Source: Minisyncoccia bacterium (GTDB lineage Bacteria; Patescibacteriota; Minisyncoccia; UBA6257; GWB1-50-10). From it: DNA of 64,000 nucleotides. Location of the stretch: assembly GCA_049997815.1 (NCBI GenBank), contig JBEKVQ010000003.1, positions 85-64,084 on the forward strand, given 5' to 3'. Position numbers and translations under genes: made by a program. Numbering within the stretch: the stretch's first letter is position 1; each line of letters opens with the position of its first letter. The notes under the pieces are model-generated. The model did no database searches, was not told where the DNA came from, and saw nothing but the letters and a program-made list of their open reading frames with translations. Shown one piece after another: positions 45,246-55,067 of the stretch.

Positions 45246-46220
45246 ATGAAGGCAATCAAGATAATTTTCTGGATAGCGGTAATCGGGGTAATCATCATCG
45301 CCCTCTTAATGACACTAAGGTCTTCGCCCGCGAGAGCCATCGGTACCAATATTAATTCATCTGTCTCCAGTTCGGCGGCTTGGAGCGACGCAAGCAAGTG
45401 GTGGGATTTTTACGCCCCAGGGAACGTTTTGGTCCAAGGAACAAGACTTCAGGGATATGCCAGCTCTTCCTTGGGAGATATATCGCTAGACTGCGCCACA
45501 ACCAGGATCGGAAATGTCTGCGGTACGTCCAACTACGGGGTCTGCAATGGGCCCGGACCCCATAACGCCGACGGAACCTGCCCGAACGGGGATGCGAGCG
45601 GGAATCTCACGGGTTGGGGATGGAATGATATCGTCGGATGGATAAGTTTCAATTGCGACCAGAGTTCCCAGGGCGGAACCAATAATTGTGCCAGCTCTCC
45701 TTATAAGGTAAGTATCGTTCAGAACACCGGCGATTTCAGCGGCTGGGCCTGGAATGATTTGGATGGATGGATCAGCTTCAACTGCGCCAACCACGGCGGT
45801 TGCGGAACGAGTAATTACAATGTAAATACGCTGTGGCGGGCCACAAGTACGGCGGGATATCTTGTGTCCTCTGTTTTTGATACTCTGGACACGAGCGGGG
45901 CGACCATGAGCAGTCTAATTTGGGAAGGAAATTCTCCGGCGGGCACCTGCGTCGGTTTCCAAATTGCGACCTCGAGTGCCCCGGGCGGCCCATGGAATTA
46001 TGTGGGACCTTCCGGCGACAACAACACATATTACGGTGCGCCGTGCTCGCAGAATATAACCGGCGGTATGGGTTGCGCTCCCCTCGATACGCCCGTCTGC
46101 GTAAATGCGAGCCAACTCAACAATGCCCGATACTTCCGCTATAAAGCCCAACTCCAAAGTAATCTGGTTCAAACCCTTTCTCCAAGGGTGGATGATGTAA
46201 TTTTAAATTTCAGCCAATGA
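45246..46220 (+). CDS. secreted protein with GW-rich repeats
   Basis: Signal/anchor MKAIKIIFWIAVIGVIIIALLM; repeats GWGWNDIVGWISFNCD and GWAWNDLDGWISFNCA; many Cys/Gly. Confidence 0.45.
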   Translation: MKAIKIIFWIAVIGVIIIALLMTLRSSPARAIGTNINSSVSSSAAWSDASKWWDFYAPGNVLVQGTRLQGYASSSLGDISLDCATTRIGNVCGTSNYGVCNGPGPHNADGTCPNGDASGNLTGWGWNDIVGWISFNCDQSSQGGTNNCASSPYKVSIVQNTGDFSGWAWNDLDGWISFNCANHGGCGTSNYNVNTLWRATSTAGYLVSSVFDTLDTSGATMSSLIWEGNSPAGTCVGFQIATSSAPGGPWNYVGPSGDNNTYYGAPCSQNITGGMGCAPLDTPVCVNASQLNNARYFRYKAQLQSNLVQTLSPRVDDVILNFSQ

Positions 46221-47125
46221 TAAAAAAGACGAAGATAAACAGAATAACCTGGTTCCAACTCCAAAGCCCGAAGGAAAGGGATGTAAAAGAGCTTGAGGGC
46301 CTTTTTGAAATTCATCCGATAATTCAGGAGGAAATCTATCGCCCGTCCGACCGAAGCAAGGTGGAAAATTACGGTGATTACGTATTCGCGGTGTACCATC
46401 TGCCAATCTACAACGAAAAAGAAAGGACCTCTAGGCGGGCCGAGTTGGACTTTATCGCCACCAAAGACACGGTTATCACCGTGAGTTATGAGAAGATCGA
46501 TCCGCTCGCGGAGTTCGCGAGAGAGGTTGGAAAAAATGTCGGGCTCAAAAACAATATCCAAAACCCAGCCCAGCTCATTTACTACGTACTCCAGGAAGTG
46601 AATGTCTTCTCGTTGCGCCAGTTGCGTCACGTGGAAAAGAAAGTGAACGTGGTCGGCGCAAAGATATTCAAACAGCCCGACCAAAAACTCCTTGAGGAGA
46701 TATCCTATATCAAGCGGGATCTGCTGGACTTCGGAATCATCGCCGCCGCCCAAAAAACCACATTGGAATCGCTGCTCCGCGTCGGCACCAGTTTCTGGGG
46801 CAAGGAAGTGGAGATTTATCTCTCCGACCTGCTCGGCGACTTTCTGAAGGTCCACTATCTTTTGGAGAACCTCCGGGCCACGATAGTTTCTTACAGCGAA
46901 ACGGTCTCACAGATATTCCAGTTCCATACCTCGAATATCGTCCGGCGCTTTTCCATCCTGGGATTCCTGAGCTTCCCTCTTCTTCTTTACGCAACCATTA
47001 CTCTCCAACCGCAGATCGCGCCGACCTTGTTTGCCGACCCGCGGGAATTCTGGCTCATCTTCATCCTTATAATCGCAATCCTCATCGGACTGCTGATAAT
47101 TTTCAGGAAGAAGGGCTGGTTTTAG
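46217..47125 (+). CDS. CorA-like divalent cation transporter (divergent, no GMN motif)
   Basis: 302 aa: a soluble N-terminal domain plus two C-terminal TM helices, resembling the CorA/ZntB topology; overlaps the previous gene by 4 nt. Confidence 0.4.
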   Translation: MIKKTKINRITWFQLQSPKERDVKELEGLFEIHPIIQEEIYRPSDRSKVENYGDYVFAVYHLPIYNEKERTSRRAELDFIATKDTVITVSYEKIDPLAEFAREVGKNVGLKNNIQNPAQLIYYVLQEVNVFSLRQLRHVEKKVNVVGAKIFKQPDQKLLEEISYIKRDLLDFGIIAAAQKTTLESLLRVGTSFWGKEVEIYLSDLLGDFLKVHYLLENLRATIVSYSETVSQIFQFHTSNIVRRFSILGFLSFPLLLYATITLQPQIAPTLFADPREFWLIFILIIAILIGLLIIFRKKGWF

Positions 47126-47311
47126 GGGCTCGGAACCATTCTCTTCAAAAACACGCTATCAAATTTCCCAGCGTGGAATTTGCGCTTGCTCTCGGCCTCA
47201 CTCTCCCGCTTTCGCTCAAACCTTGCCTGTTCGGCCTGCGAGACGGTTTTTGAAGAGGCTGGTTACTCATTTTTGTTTGATTGAAATACTACAAACCTAT
47301 AAAATGACAAC

Positions 47312-48748
47312 ATGCGGATCTGGAACACTCTTTCCGGAAAGAAAGAGGAACTCATAAAACCCGAGGGACGGTCGCTCCATTTGTTTGTCTGCGGACCGAC
47401 CGTCTACGATTACTCCCACATCGGGCACGCCCGAACCTACATCGCTTACGACGCTTTCGTTCGCTACGTTCGGGAAAAGAATTGGGAGGTATTCTATCTT
47501 CAGAACATCACCGACGTTGACGATAAGATAATTAACCGCGCCAAATCCGAGAATAAAAAACCCGGAACGGTGGCCAAATTTTTCACTCAGGCTCACTTAG
47601 ACGACATGCGCGCCTTGGGAATCGACACCGTCGACAAATACGCGCCCGCCAGTCATTTTATTCCCCAAATCGTAAAGCAGGTGGAAACGCTCAAGAAAAA
47701 GGGGTTCGCTTATGAAATACCGGGCGACGGAATCTATTACGACATCACGAAATTCCAGGACTACGGAAAACTTTCGCATCGCACCACTCTTCAAGCCGAG
47801 GATGCAGTTTCCCGCATCGATGAGAGCGTAAAAAAACGCAATAAGGGGGACTTCGTCTTATGGAAATTCCCCAAGACCCCGATAGCGGAAAAATTGTTCA
47901 GTTCTCTGCGCCGATTCACCCATACTAGGGATGGCGAACCGGCCTGGAAAACTCCGCTCGGTTGGGGGCGTCCCGGCTGGCATATCGAGGACACGGCGAT
48001 TACCGAATCGTTCTTCGGGCCCCAGTACGACATTCACGGAGGAGCCGTCGAACTAAAATTCCCCCACCATGAAGCCGAAATCGCCCAGCAGGAAGCGGCC
48101 TCCGGCATAAGCCCACTCGTAAAGGTATGGATGCACACCGGGCTTCTAACGATAAACGGCCAAAAAATGTCGAAAAGCCTGAAAAATTTCATTTCTATCC
48201 GCGACGCGCTAGAAAAACATTCACCGGCCGTATTAAGGTGGTTCTTCCTGAACCATCACTATCGCATGCCGATGAATTATTCGCCCGAGGATATCGGACA
48301 AACGAAAGCTGTATATAATAAAACGAGAATCTTTCTCGATAAGATGGATTTTGTTTCGAAAGGGAGCGAAGGGAAAAAACTGGGCATGGATAAATTCATT
48401 TTGGAGAGCCGAAAAAAATTCGAGGGGGCGCTCGAGGACGATTTTAACACACCGCTCGCCATATCCGTCCTTCTGGGCACAATGGGAGAATTCCAAGAGA
48501 GGATCTGGAGCATGGAGCCAAGCGAGGCGCGGGAGATGGAGAAACACCTCGCGGATTCATTTAAAACCTTAGGTATCGACATAAAAACTGAGGAAGTGCC
48601 CCAGAACGTGAAGAAACTGGCCATCGAACGGGAGTTATCCCGTACTAATAAACAGTTTGTCCAATCCGACGCCTTGAGGGAGAAAATCCGCGTGCTAGGA
48701 TATGGTATAGAAGACACGCCTCACGGCCCCTTCGTTTACAAGGAATAA
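47312..48748 (+). CDS. cysS: cysteine--tRNA ligase
   Basis: HIGHARTY (HIGH motif), KMSKS, the CGPTVYD zinc ligand; 478 aa. Confidence 0.95.
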   Translation: MRIWNTLSGKKEELIKPEGRSLHLFVCGPTVYDYSHIGHARTYIAYDAFVRYVREKNWEVFYLQNITDVDDKIINRAKSENKKPGTVAKFFTQAHLDDMRALGIDTVDKYAPASHFIPQIVKQVETLKKKGFAYEIPGDGIYYDITKFQDYGKLSHRTTLQAEDAVSRIDESVKKRNKGDFVLWKFPKTPIAEKLFSSLRRFTHTRDGEPAWKTPLGWGRPGWHIEDTAITESFFGPQYDIHGGAVELKFPHHEAEIAQQEAASGISPLVKVWMHTGLLTINGQKMSKSLKNFISIRDALEKHSPAVLRWFFLNHHYRMPMNYSPEDIGQTKAVYNKTRIFLDKMDFVSKGSEGKKLGMDKFILESRKKFEGALEDDFNTPLAISVLLGTMGEFQERIWSMEPSEAREMEKHLADSFKTLGIDIKTEEVPQNVKKLAIERELSRTNKQFVQSDALREKIRVLGYGIEDTPHGPFVYKE

Positions 48749-48752
48749 AAAA

Positions 48753-50126
48753 ATGCCCCCGGAAAAGAAAACAAAAAAAGCGTCGGAACTGAAACTGCCG
48801 CCGCAGGATCTGGAATCCGAGCGCTCGGTTCTGGGCGCACTCATGTTGGATAAGAATGCCGTCATTCAGGTGGCGGATTTTCTGGCGCCAACCGATTTCT
48901 ACGAAACCAAGAACCAGAGAATATACCAGGTGATAATGGAACTCTTCACGGGCGGCGAACCCGTGGATATCCTTACCGTCTCACACATCTTGAAGGAAAA
49001 GAAGGAATTGAACTCGGTGGGTGGCGTAGATTATCTGACCGAGCTCGTTTCCGCCACGCCCACCTCGGCCCACGTGGCTCACTACGCCAACATCGTAAAG
49101 GAACAGCGGGTGCGCCGGGACCTCATCCAAGCCGCCTCCGAGATAAACGAGAAGACGTTCGACGAACGTAATTTCGAGGAACTCTTGGAATCGGTTGAAC
49201 AAAGGATTTTCAGCATATCCCAGCGCTCCCGGCCGCAAAAATTCGTCCAGTTGAAAGACGAGCTTCCCGGGGCATACGAGCGATTGGAAAAACTTCATCG
49301 CGGGGAAAAAGGCGCGCTTCGCGGCGTTGCAACCCACTTCCACGCCCTGGATGATAAGCTCTCGGGGCTCCAGGCATCGGACCTCATCATCGTGGGTGCC
49401 CGACCCTCTTACGGAAAAACGTCCCTAGTGCTCGATATTGCGCGCCAAGCCGCCACCCTGGGCAAGAAATCCATCGGAATATTCTCGATAGAAATGTCCC
49501 GAGAACAGGTAATCGACCGCCTCATCTCCGGCCAGGCCCAAATCCCGCTCTGGCGCCTCCGCACCGGCCGCCTGAACGACGAGATGGAGTTTGCCCTGGT
49601 TCAGCAGGCCCTGGACGAACTTTCTAAATCCAAAATTTTCATCGACGACACGGCCTCCCCCACCCTGCTCCAGATGCGTTCGATGGCCCGCCGGCTCCAA
49701 CTTGAGCATGGCGTAGATCTTTTGATAATCGACTATCTCCAGCTCATCCAGCCGCGGACGGGAAGCGATAACATGGTCCAGCAGGTCACGGAGATCTCGC
49801 GCGGTTTGAAGGCGCTCGCCCGGGAATTGAACGTGCCGGTCCTAGCCGTCTCCCAACTTTCCCGAGCTGTCGACCAAAGAGAATCGAAGATTCCACGCCT
49901 TTCGGACCTGCGCGAATCGGGAAGTTTGGAACAGGATGCCGACGTCGTACTATTCATTTACCGGAAGGATAGAGATCGATTGGATGCGCCCGAGAACGAA
50001 AAGAACATCACTGAAATAATCATCGCTAAACACCGGAACGGGCCTGTGGGCAGCGTGAAATTGATGTTCGACCCGGAGAATGTCGGCTTCAAGAATTTGG
50101 ATACTCAGCACGTCCCCGAAGAATGA
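48753..50126 (+). CDS. dnaB: replicative DNA helicase
   Basis: 457 aa with a DnaB N-terminal domain, Walker A GARPSYGKTS, and the RecA-like C-terminal motifs. Confidence 0.9.
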   Translation: MPPEKKTKKASELKLPPQDLESERSVLGALMLDKNAVIQVADFLAPTDFYETKNQRIYQVIMELFTGGEPVDILTVSHILKEKKELNSVGGVDYLTELVSATPTSAHVAHYANIVKEQRVRRDLIQAASEINEKTFDERNFEELLESVEQRIFSISQRSRPQKFVQLKDELPGAYERLEKLHRGEKGALRGVATHFHALDDKLSGLQASDLIIVGARPSYGKTSLVLDIARQAATLGKKSIGIFSIEMSREQVIDRLISGQAQIPLWRLRTGRLNDEMEFALVQQALDELSKSKIFIDDTASPTLLQMRSMARRLQLEHGVDLLIIDYLQLIQPRTGSDNMVQQVTEISRGLKALARELNVPVLAVSQLSRAVDQRESKIPRLSDLRESGSLEQDADVVLFIYRKDRDRLDAPENEKNITEIIIAKHRNGPVGSVKLMFDPENVGFKNLDTQHVPEE

Positions 50127-50719
50127 TCCCTAAACCCATCAAAAGGTTCATCGACGCTTTTTCCCAGTTGCCCGCCTTGGGTCCGCGTCAAGCTACCCGG
50201 CTGGCTTTTTATCTCTCGTCGCTCCCGAAAGCGACATTGGATGAATTGGAAAAATCGCTCAAAGAACTTAAAAACCTTGAGAAATGCGAGCGGTGTTTTT
50301 TTCTCAAGGAGACCGGCTCCAAATTCTGCCAGATTTGTTCCGACCCAAAGCGCGACGCCGGAGTCGTCGCCATAGTAGAGAAAGAAACCGACCTGATCTC
50401 GCTCGAGAGGGCCGGCAACTACAGCGGCCAATATTTCATCTTGGGAAAACTGGCCGATAAGGGGACACTTGAAACCGCCCAAAAACTGAGATTGGAGAAC
50501 CTGAAATCAAGGATAAAAAGCGAAGGCGGCAAGCTCAAAGAGCTTATTATCGCCCTGAATCCGACCGCACTCGGCGACTTCACCGCCGACCTGATAAAGA
50601 GGGATTTCAAGGATTTGGCCGAAAAAATCAGCCGCTTGAGCCGCGGTCTTCCCACCGGGGGAGAAGTGGAATTCGCCGACGAAGCAACTCTTTCAAGCGC
50701 CTTGGAGAGAAGATACTGA
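50123..50719 (+). CDS. recR: recombination protein RecR
   Basis: LPALGPRQATRLAFYL HhH; C4 zinc finger CERCFFLKETGSKFCQIC; Toprim domain. Overlaps dnaB by 4 nt. Confidence 0.9.
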   Translation: MIPKPIKRFIDAFSQLPALGPRQATRLAFYLSSLPKATLDELEKSLKELKNLEKCERCFFLKETGSKFCQICSDPKRDAGVVAIVEKETDLISLERAGNYSGQYFILGKLADKGTLETAQKLRLENLKSRIKSEGGKLKELIIALNPTALGDFTADLIKRDFKDLAEKISRLSRGLPTGGEVEFADEATLSSALERRY

Positions 50720-50748
50720 AAATGAAGCCCGGCACTGCCGGGCTTCAT

Positions 50749-51069
50749 TTATTTTATGGATTTTATCCTTACTTCGGTCTTGGACTGGCGGTGGCCCTTG
50801 AATTTGCGATATCTGGTTTTGGAGTGATAGCGGAAGACGATCTTCTTGTCTTCCCGCGCCTGTTTCAAAACCTCCGCCTCAACATGGGCGCCTTTAACGT
50901 GAGGTGTGCCCACCTCAACCTTGTCTCCCTCCATTTTCAGGAGAACCTCGCTGAATTTAAGGGCTTGACCCGGTTCACCGGAAAGTTTTTCTATACTCAA
51001 CTTGTCACCGATTCCGACCTTATATTGCTTCCCGCCGGTCGAGATGACGGCAAAATTATCCTTAGGCAT
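50749..51069 (-). CDS. rplU: 50S ribosomal protein L21
   Basis: Start taken at the internal ATG (MPKDNFAVISTGGKQYKV...). Confidence 0.8.
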   Translation of the reverse strand: MPKDNFAVISTGGKQYKVGIGDKLSIEKLSGEPGQALKFSEVLLKMEGDKVEVGTPHVKGAHVEAEVLKQAREDKKIVFRYHSKTRYRKFKGHRQSKTEVRIKSIK

Positions 51070-51169
51070 AACCCAGTAAAGATAACAGAAGCCGAATTTA
51101 TTTTCAACCCCAAACGAAAATCCCGCCGGTTCATGTGGGCGGGATAATCGTTTCTCCAATTAATAGAGA

Positions 51170-51859
51170 TTAGTGTTCAGTGTGCTCCCGAAGCTTGCTG
51201 ATAAGATATTCCGCGTAACTCCTGCCGCCCAAACCGAAGGCTAAGCCGAAGGCTAAAGCGAGCATTGCAATCAATCCCGTTATCAGCGCATTCACGACCG
51301 CTACCGCCACACTCAATTGCGAGAGGGCCGCGAGAAGTCCAAAGATCACTACTGCCCACCACGTCAAAGACGCGAGGAAACCGGCGCCGTGAAGATGAGC
51401 GCTTTTTACAGAGGCGCGCACCGTTCCGCGCAGGAAATGTGCAATCATGAAGGCGGCGAGCATAATAAGGATCGCCACGATCACGTTAGGCACGTACAGA
51501 AGTACACTTCTGAGGAAATCGGAAAGCGAGTAGAAACCCAGAATATCGGTAGCCGCCAATAAGAAGACGACGACCAGGAACCAGTAGACCAATTTGCGGA
51601 AGAATTTTCCGCTGTTGATTTTCAAATTGGCCCTGTCAAAGTACTCCTGGAGCCCGACATTAACGAGCAACTTATCCAACTTAATGAAGTTGATGAGTTT
51701 TTCGACGAGCGCTCCTATTCCGGACGCCACAATCAACCCGATAAGAAGGATTATCAAGGCGCCGACTATCTCCGCTAGAGTGCCGATGAAGCCAATCCAC
51801 AGGTTCTGCAAGGAATTTACCACCACCGAAGCCCAATCTTGAATAAACATAATTTGCAT
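51170..51859 (-). CDS. membrane protein with repeated TM-helix motifs
   Basis: 229 aa, 5-6 TM helices, loosely resembling the TM_helix repeats of mechanosensitive-channel-associated proteins. Confidence 0.35.
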   Translation of the reverse strand: MQIMFIQDWASVVVNSLQNLWIGFIGTLAEIVGALIILLIGLIVASGIGALVEKLINFIKLDKLLVNVGLQEYFDRANLKINSGKFFRKLVYWFLVVVFLLAATDILGFYSLSDFLRSVLLYVPNVIVAILIMLAAFMIAHFLRGTVRASVKSAHLHGAGFLASLTWWAVVIFGLLAALSQLSVAVAVVNALITGLIAMLALAFGLAFGLGGRSYAEYLISKLREHTEH

Positions 51860-52028
51860 CCCGTAAATTACTCGACCTTTATTATTAACGTGACTTTATT
51901 ATAGCAAAAACGGATTAAAACTGAAAGAATCGGGCTGGGGGGAAGCGAACGTCGCTCGCTTACGCTCGCTCTTTAAAAACCCTCGGTTTCTAAACGCTTC
52001 GACCCCGGCGTCGGAGCTATTTCCGACA

Positions 52029-52052
52029 CCCCTGCCTGTCGGCAGGCAGGGG
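52029..52052. repeat. GC-rich perfect hairpin CCCCTGCCTG-TCGG-CAGGCAGGGG (copy 1; related copy at 62523-62542)
   Basis: 10-bp perfect stem. The motif extends to ~47 nt of ~80% identity with 62521-62567 (...GGGGAAA...CGTT.TCCCGACCCC). Confidence 0.6.
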
Positions 52053-52099
52053 AAACCAAACGTTCTCCCGACCCCACACTCCAGTTTGCTTCCCTGGAC

Positions 52100-52450
52100 A
52101 CAAATTAAAACTGCCCAGCGTTATGTCGGGTAGTTTTAGTTTGTGGACCCTAGTAGACGACGTTAGAACTTTCTTCAAGGACAAACCCCTGGAGGACCTT
52201 CAGAAGTTCCTTCGTGCTCATGGTTTTCCGGAGGTTCGTGACGAGGAGGATAAAGAATCACCCGAAGGACATCGGCGAGCCGCGTGAACTGCTTCCGGGC
52301 CTCCTCCCGACTGATCTCTTCCCCGAATTCTTGCTTATAGAGCTCGATGTACCTATCGAGCGTCTTGTCACTAAGCTCCATAGTACCGCATGGTAACGTA
52401 CCGGTACAGGAAAGGAAGGTGGGAGAAAATGCCCTTCGAGGTAACTATTT
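52100..52450. repeat. direct repeat A (~330 bp, carries 68-aa gene A), left boundary of the defence cassette
   Basis: Aligns with 56085-56400 (repeat B) over its full length, and with 62630-62760 (repeat C) at both ends. Shared end motifs are CTAGT.CAGGATGTTCGAACTTTCTTCAAGG and CCGCATGGTA.CGTACCGGTAC.AGAAAGGAAGGTGGG. Confidence 0.7.
52175..52381 (-). CDS. 68-aa hypothetical protein, copy A (paralog at 56130-56336)
   Basis: MELSDKTLDRYIELYKQEFGEEISREEARKQFTRLADVLRVILYPPRHE...; its start codon lies 27 nt downstream, on the minus strand, of the GTACCGGTAC palindrome. Confidence 0.45.
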   Translation of the reverse strand: MELSDKTLDRYIELYKQEFGEEISREEARKQFTRLADVLRVILYPPRHEPPENHEHEGTSEGPPGVCP

Positions 52451-53567
52451 AGGCGATGGCTTCGCTTCTCGAAAACAAGATGTTCGCGTCAAACTCCATG
52501 CTTCCCTTGTGAGATTCATCAACCTCTCTGATGGTCTTGTATCCCAGGTAGTGTGTCACTTCATTCATCCTCAGTGCGACACCAGAAAATGACGGCCGCT
52601 TGAGTTCCTCGAATACCTTCCTCTTTTTGTCCTCCGGGGCCACGATAAACAAGGGGTAATTCGAATTCGGATTCTCGGCCCGCAGATCGGCCAAGCGAAG
52701 GATGCCAGAGTACACGGATGTGGTATTCTCGATTTCGAAGGCGGACTTGATTGAGTATGGTCCGAACTTCCAGACTACATCGATGTTTTTGATTGTCGGT
52801 GGAACATCCACCGTCTCGTGAAATTCAGGCAATACGAAATCTCTGAAGATATGCCCATCAAACTGTTTTCCTTGATCGTTCCGGGGCACCCAGATATCTA
52901 GGCGCGCCAGCTTGCCGAGCCGTATTAACCGCCACTGCATTTCGGTATGCTCGGTCGGAGCTCTTTCGATTTGGTCGTTGATATGCGCATGTTCAATTTC
53001 CCTTCTTTCAACAACCCGCATAAGTGGCTCTCCCTTCTCCAGGGTTTTCAAAACACCCAAGAGGTCGCCATAGTGACGAGCGAAGTCTACCACCGCATTC
53101 TCATTGATCATTGAAAAACCACGCGGAGCATAGGTCTCAGAGTAACCGAAGTAAGGATTGAGCTTGCTGAGCGGTACACTCACCTGCTCCTCATTCACAA
53201 TGAAATACATGAGTTCCCAGGTTTCTCCTTCCGGCGTCTCACGCCAGAAGTGTTTGGCGAGATCTTTACTTCTCACCTTCGCTGCTACTTCACCAACAAA
53301 TCGGATCCGGCTACGGTTGTAAATAAGTACAATATCGCCCGACTCCATCCTGTTCCACCGAGTCTCATTGAGAGGCCCGGGCACAGCGCCCCAAACAATG
53401 AAGGGTGAATCATGATAGATTTCCTCTAGATTCTTAATCTCTGAGACTGGAAGAAACTGGCGCACCTCATTCAGGTGTCGTTTGTGCTGGATTGTATCCT
53501 CAAAGTGTCGTTCTGCGGCGGTGTTTCCACCAGCGACAACAATGAAAACCTTTCGGACTCTATCCAT
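52449..53567 (-). CDS. putative modification-dependent restriction endonuclease (EVE/PUA-like N-domain fused to PD-(D/E)xK-like nuclease)
   Basis: Start taken at the internal ATG (MDRVRKVF). The N-terminal part (SPFIVWGAVPG...GDIVLIYNRSRIRFVGEVAAKV) resembles PUA-like/EVE modified-base readers. The C-terminal part (ARLDIWV...SIKSAFEIENTT) resembles a PD-(D/E)xK core. Overlaps the Mrr-like gene. Confidence 0.45.
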   Translation of the reverse strand: MDRVRKVFIVVAGGNTAAERHFEDTIQHKRHLNEVRQFLPVSEIKNLEEIYHDSPFIVWGAVPGPLNETRWNRMESGDIVLIYNRSRIRFVGEVAAKVRSKDLAKHFWRETPEGETWELMYFIVNEEQVSVPLSKLNPYFGYSETYAPRGFSMINENAVVDFARHYGDLLGVLKTLEKGEPLMRVVERREIEHAHINDQIERAPTEHTEMQWRLIRLGKLARLDIWVPRNDQGKQFDGHIFRDFVLPEFHETVDVPPTIKNIDVVWKFGPYSIKSAFEIENTTSVYSGILRLADLRAENPNSNYPLFIVAPEDKKRKVFEELKRPSFSGVALRMNEVTHYLGYKTIREVDESHKGSMEFDANILFSRSEAIA

Positions 53568-53572
53568 AGTTG

Positions 53573-54442
53573 CTATCCCCAGCTCTCGCCGAGGTATTTC
53601 AGGAGCATCCCACACAGTTCGTCTTTCGAAATCAAATCGGTATTGTTGGCCTGCGCCAAGGCGTGGGCTTCCGGCGTGAAAGTCATTGAGGTTGTGATAA
53701 CCATCGTCTTGCTACAATCATAGAATTTCATAGCTCCGACCACCTGCTGAACAGCCTCGTTGCCGACAGACCAGTCACGATAGCATTTAGCTTGAATGAG
53801 GATTCGCTCCCCTTCTCTGTTCGCGATCAAATCTCCTCCTTGGTCGCCGGAACGACCGATGTGCTCAACTTTGTAGCCCATCGCTTCAAAGAGCCGGTAC
53901 AGCAATTTCTCAAAATCGGTTCCGGACAGATACGCGAACCTCTGTGGCTCTTTCTTTATACTCTCCCGGGTGAGACTCTCCTCCTTCCCTTGAACATAAT
54001 ATTGAAGCAGGTCAAAAACGTCCCTATCGTCCGAGGTGACGCCGGCCTCTCCCAATATCTTCTTCAGGTCGTTTATTCTGTCCCAGTCAAAGTAGTGGTT
54101 CCGCACGTGATACCTGTCGGCGCTGGCTTTCTCCAGACCCCAGCGGCTGATGAAGTTCTTAAGATAATCCTCCCTTCCTGATTTCTTTAGATTTTCGAGC
54201 ACCCATTCGAAATGTCTCCCTGCTTTCTGGCGCCTGGCTATTTTCAAGAAGATGACTAAGGCCGCAATCACGACGATCGCTACCACCATATAAATCATGA
54301 TGCGCCAAAATCCTGCACGGTCTGTGAACCACAATCCGAAAAGATAGAGAAAACCAATCACAAGGATGAGCGTGAGGAGACGTTCGACGATATCCTCTAA
54401 AGAATCGCTTTTTCTGTAGTATCTCCGATGACGTTTAGCCAT
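53573..54442 (-). CDS. membrane-anchored Mrr-type restriction endonuclease domain protein
   Basis: Two N-terminal TM helices. C-terminal Mrr_cat pattern FEKLLYRLFEAMGYKVEHIGRSGDQGGDLIANREGERILIQAKCYRD...QQVVGAMKFYDCSKTMVITTSMTFTPEA. Confidence 0.65.
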   Translation of the reverse strand: MAKRHRRYYRKSDSLEDIVERLLTLILVIGFLYLFGLWFTDRAGFWRIMIYMVVAIVVIAALVIFLKIARRQKAGRHFEWVLENLKKSGREDYLKNFISRWGLEKASADRYHVRNHYFDWDRINDLKKILGEAGVTSDDRDVFDLLQYYVQGKEESLTRESIKKEPQRFAYLSGTDFEKLLYRLFEAMGYKVEHIGRSGDQGGDLIANREGERILIQAKCYRDWSVGNEAVQQVVGAMKFYDCSKTMVITTSMTFTPEAHALAQANNTDLISKDELCGMLLKYLGESWG

Positions 54443-54545
54443 GATTTGATTTTAGCACCTTTGTTGAGAATTGCCCTCGAAAGAGAATGCACAGAGGGAG
54501 TGGGGAAAGTTGCTTAGACGGCGCTCCACCTAATTTGAGTGTCCA

Positions 54546-55067
54546 CTATTGAATATCTCTCATCAATCGAGGTAATTCACTCGGAAAGGATTTGGCACGA
54601 TCGGATAAAAAGTAGATCTGTTTGTAATATTTTATTACCCGGTCCCGCATCTCTTTGTCACACGTCAATATTTTCGCATTTAGACTTAGTCCCTCTGTCG
54701 CAATATAGAAATCTGCACCCTTGAGTTGACTTATTCTCAGCCTTGAAAAGCTCTTGTGCTTTTCGATTAACTTCTTAGTCGTTAGCTTCTTCTCCTCGAA
54801 ATAATGAATTGTCTCTAAAAACGAATTTAGGATTTTGTAGCATTTGCTGAAAGCGATTCTCTGTCTCCGCAAAGCAGACAAGGTCTCCATATAAACCAGA
54901 ATTGGGATATAGAACGCTGGTCGGTATGGTAATATTGCCCCTAGCGATGATTCAACAGAAACATGATTTCTGTCCTTACTATTCAGTTTTGCTAGCAACC
55001 AAGAGGAATCTGGAACAACCCTGAGTTCTTCTTTCTTCTTTTTAATCTTTTTCTTCGTGTTAGCCAT
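54546..55067 (-). CDS. PIN-domain nuclease
   Basis: 173 aa with the four acidic residues in PIN order (VVPDSS, YMETLS, GADFYIA, TCDKEM); overlaps the ClpP-like gene by 8 nt. Confidence 0.5.
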   Translation of the reverse strand: MANTKKKIKKKKEELRVVPDSSWLLAKLNSKDRNHVSVESSLGAILPYRPAFYIPILVYMETLSALRRQRIAFSKCYKILNSFLETIHYFEEKKLTTKKLIEKHKSFSRLRISQLKGADFYIATEGLSLNAKILTCDKEMRDRVIKYYKQIYFLSDRAKSFPSELPRLMRDIQ

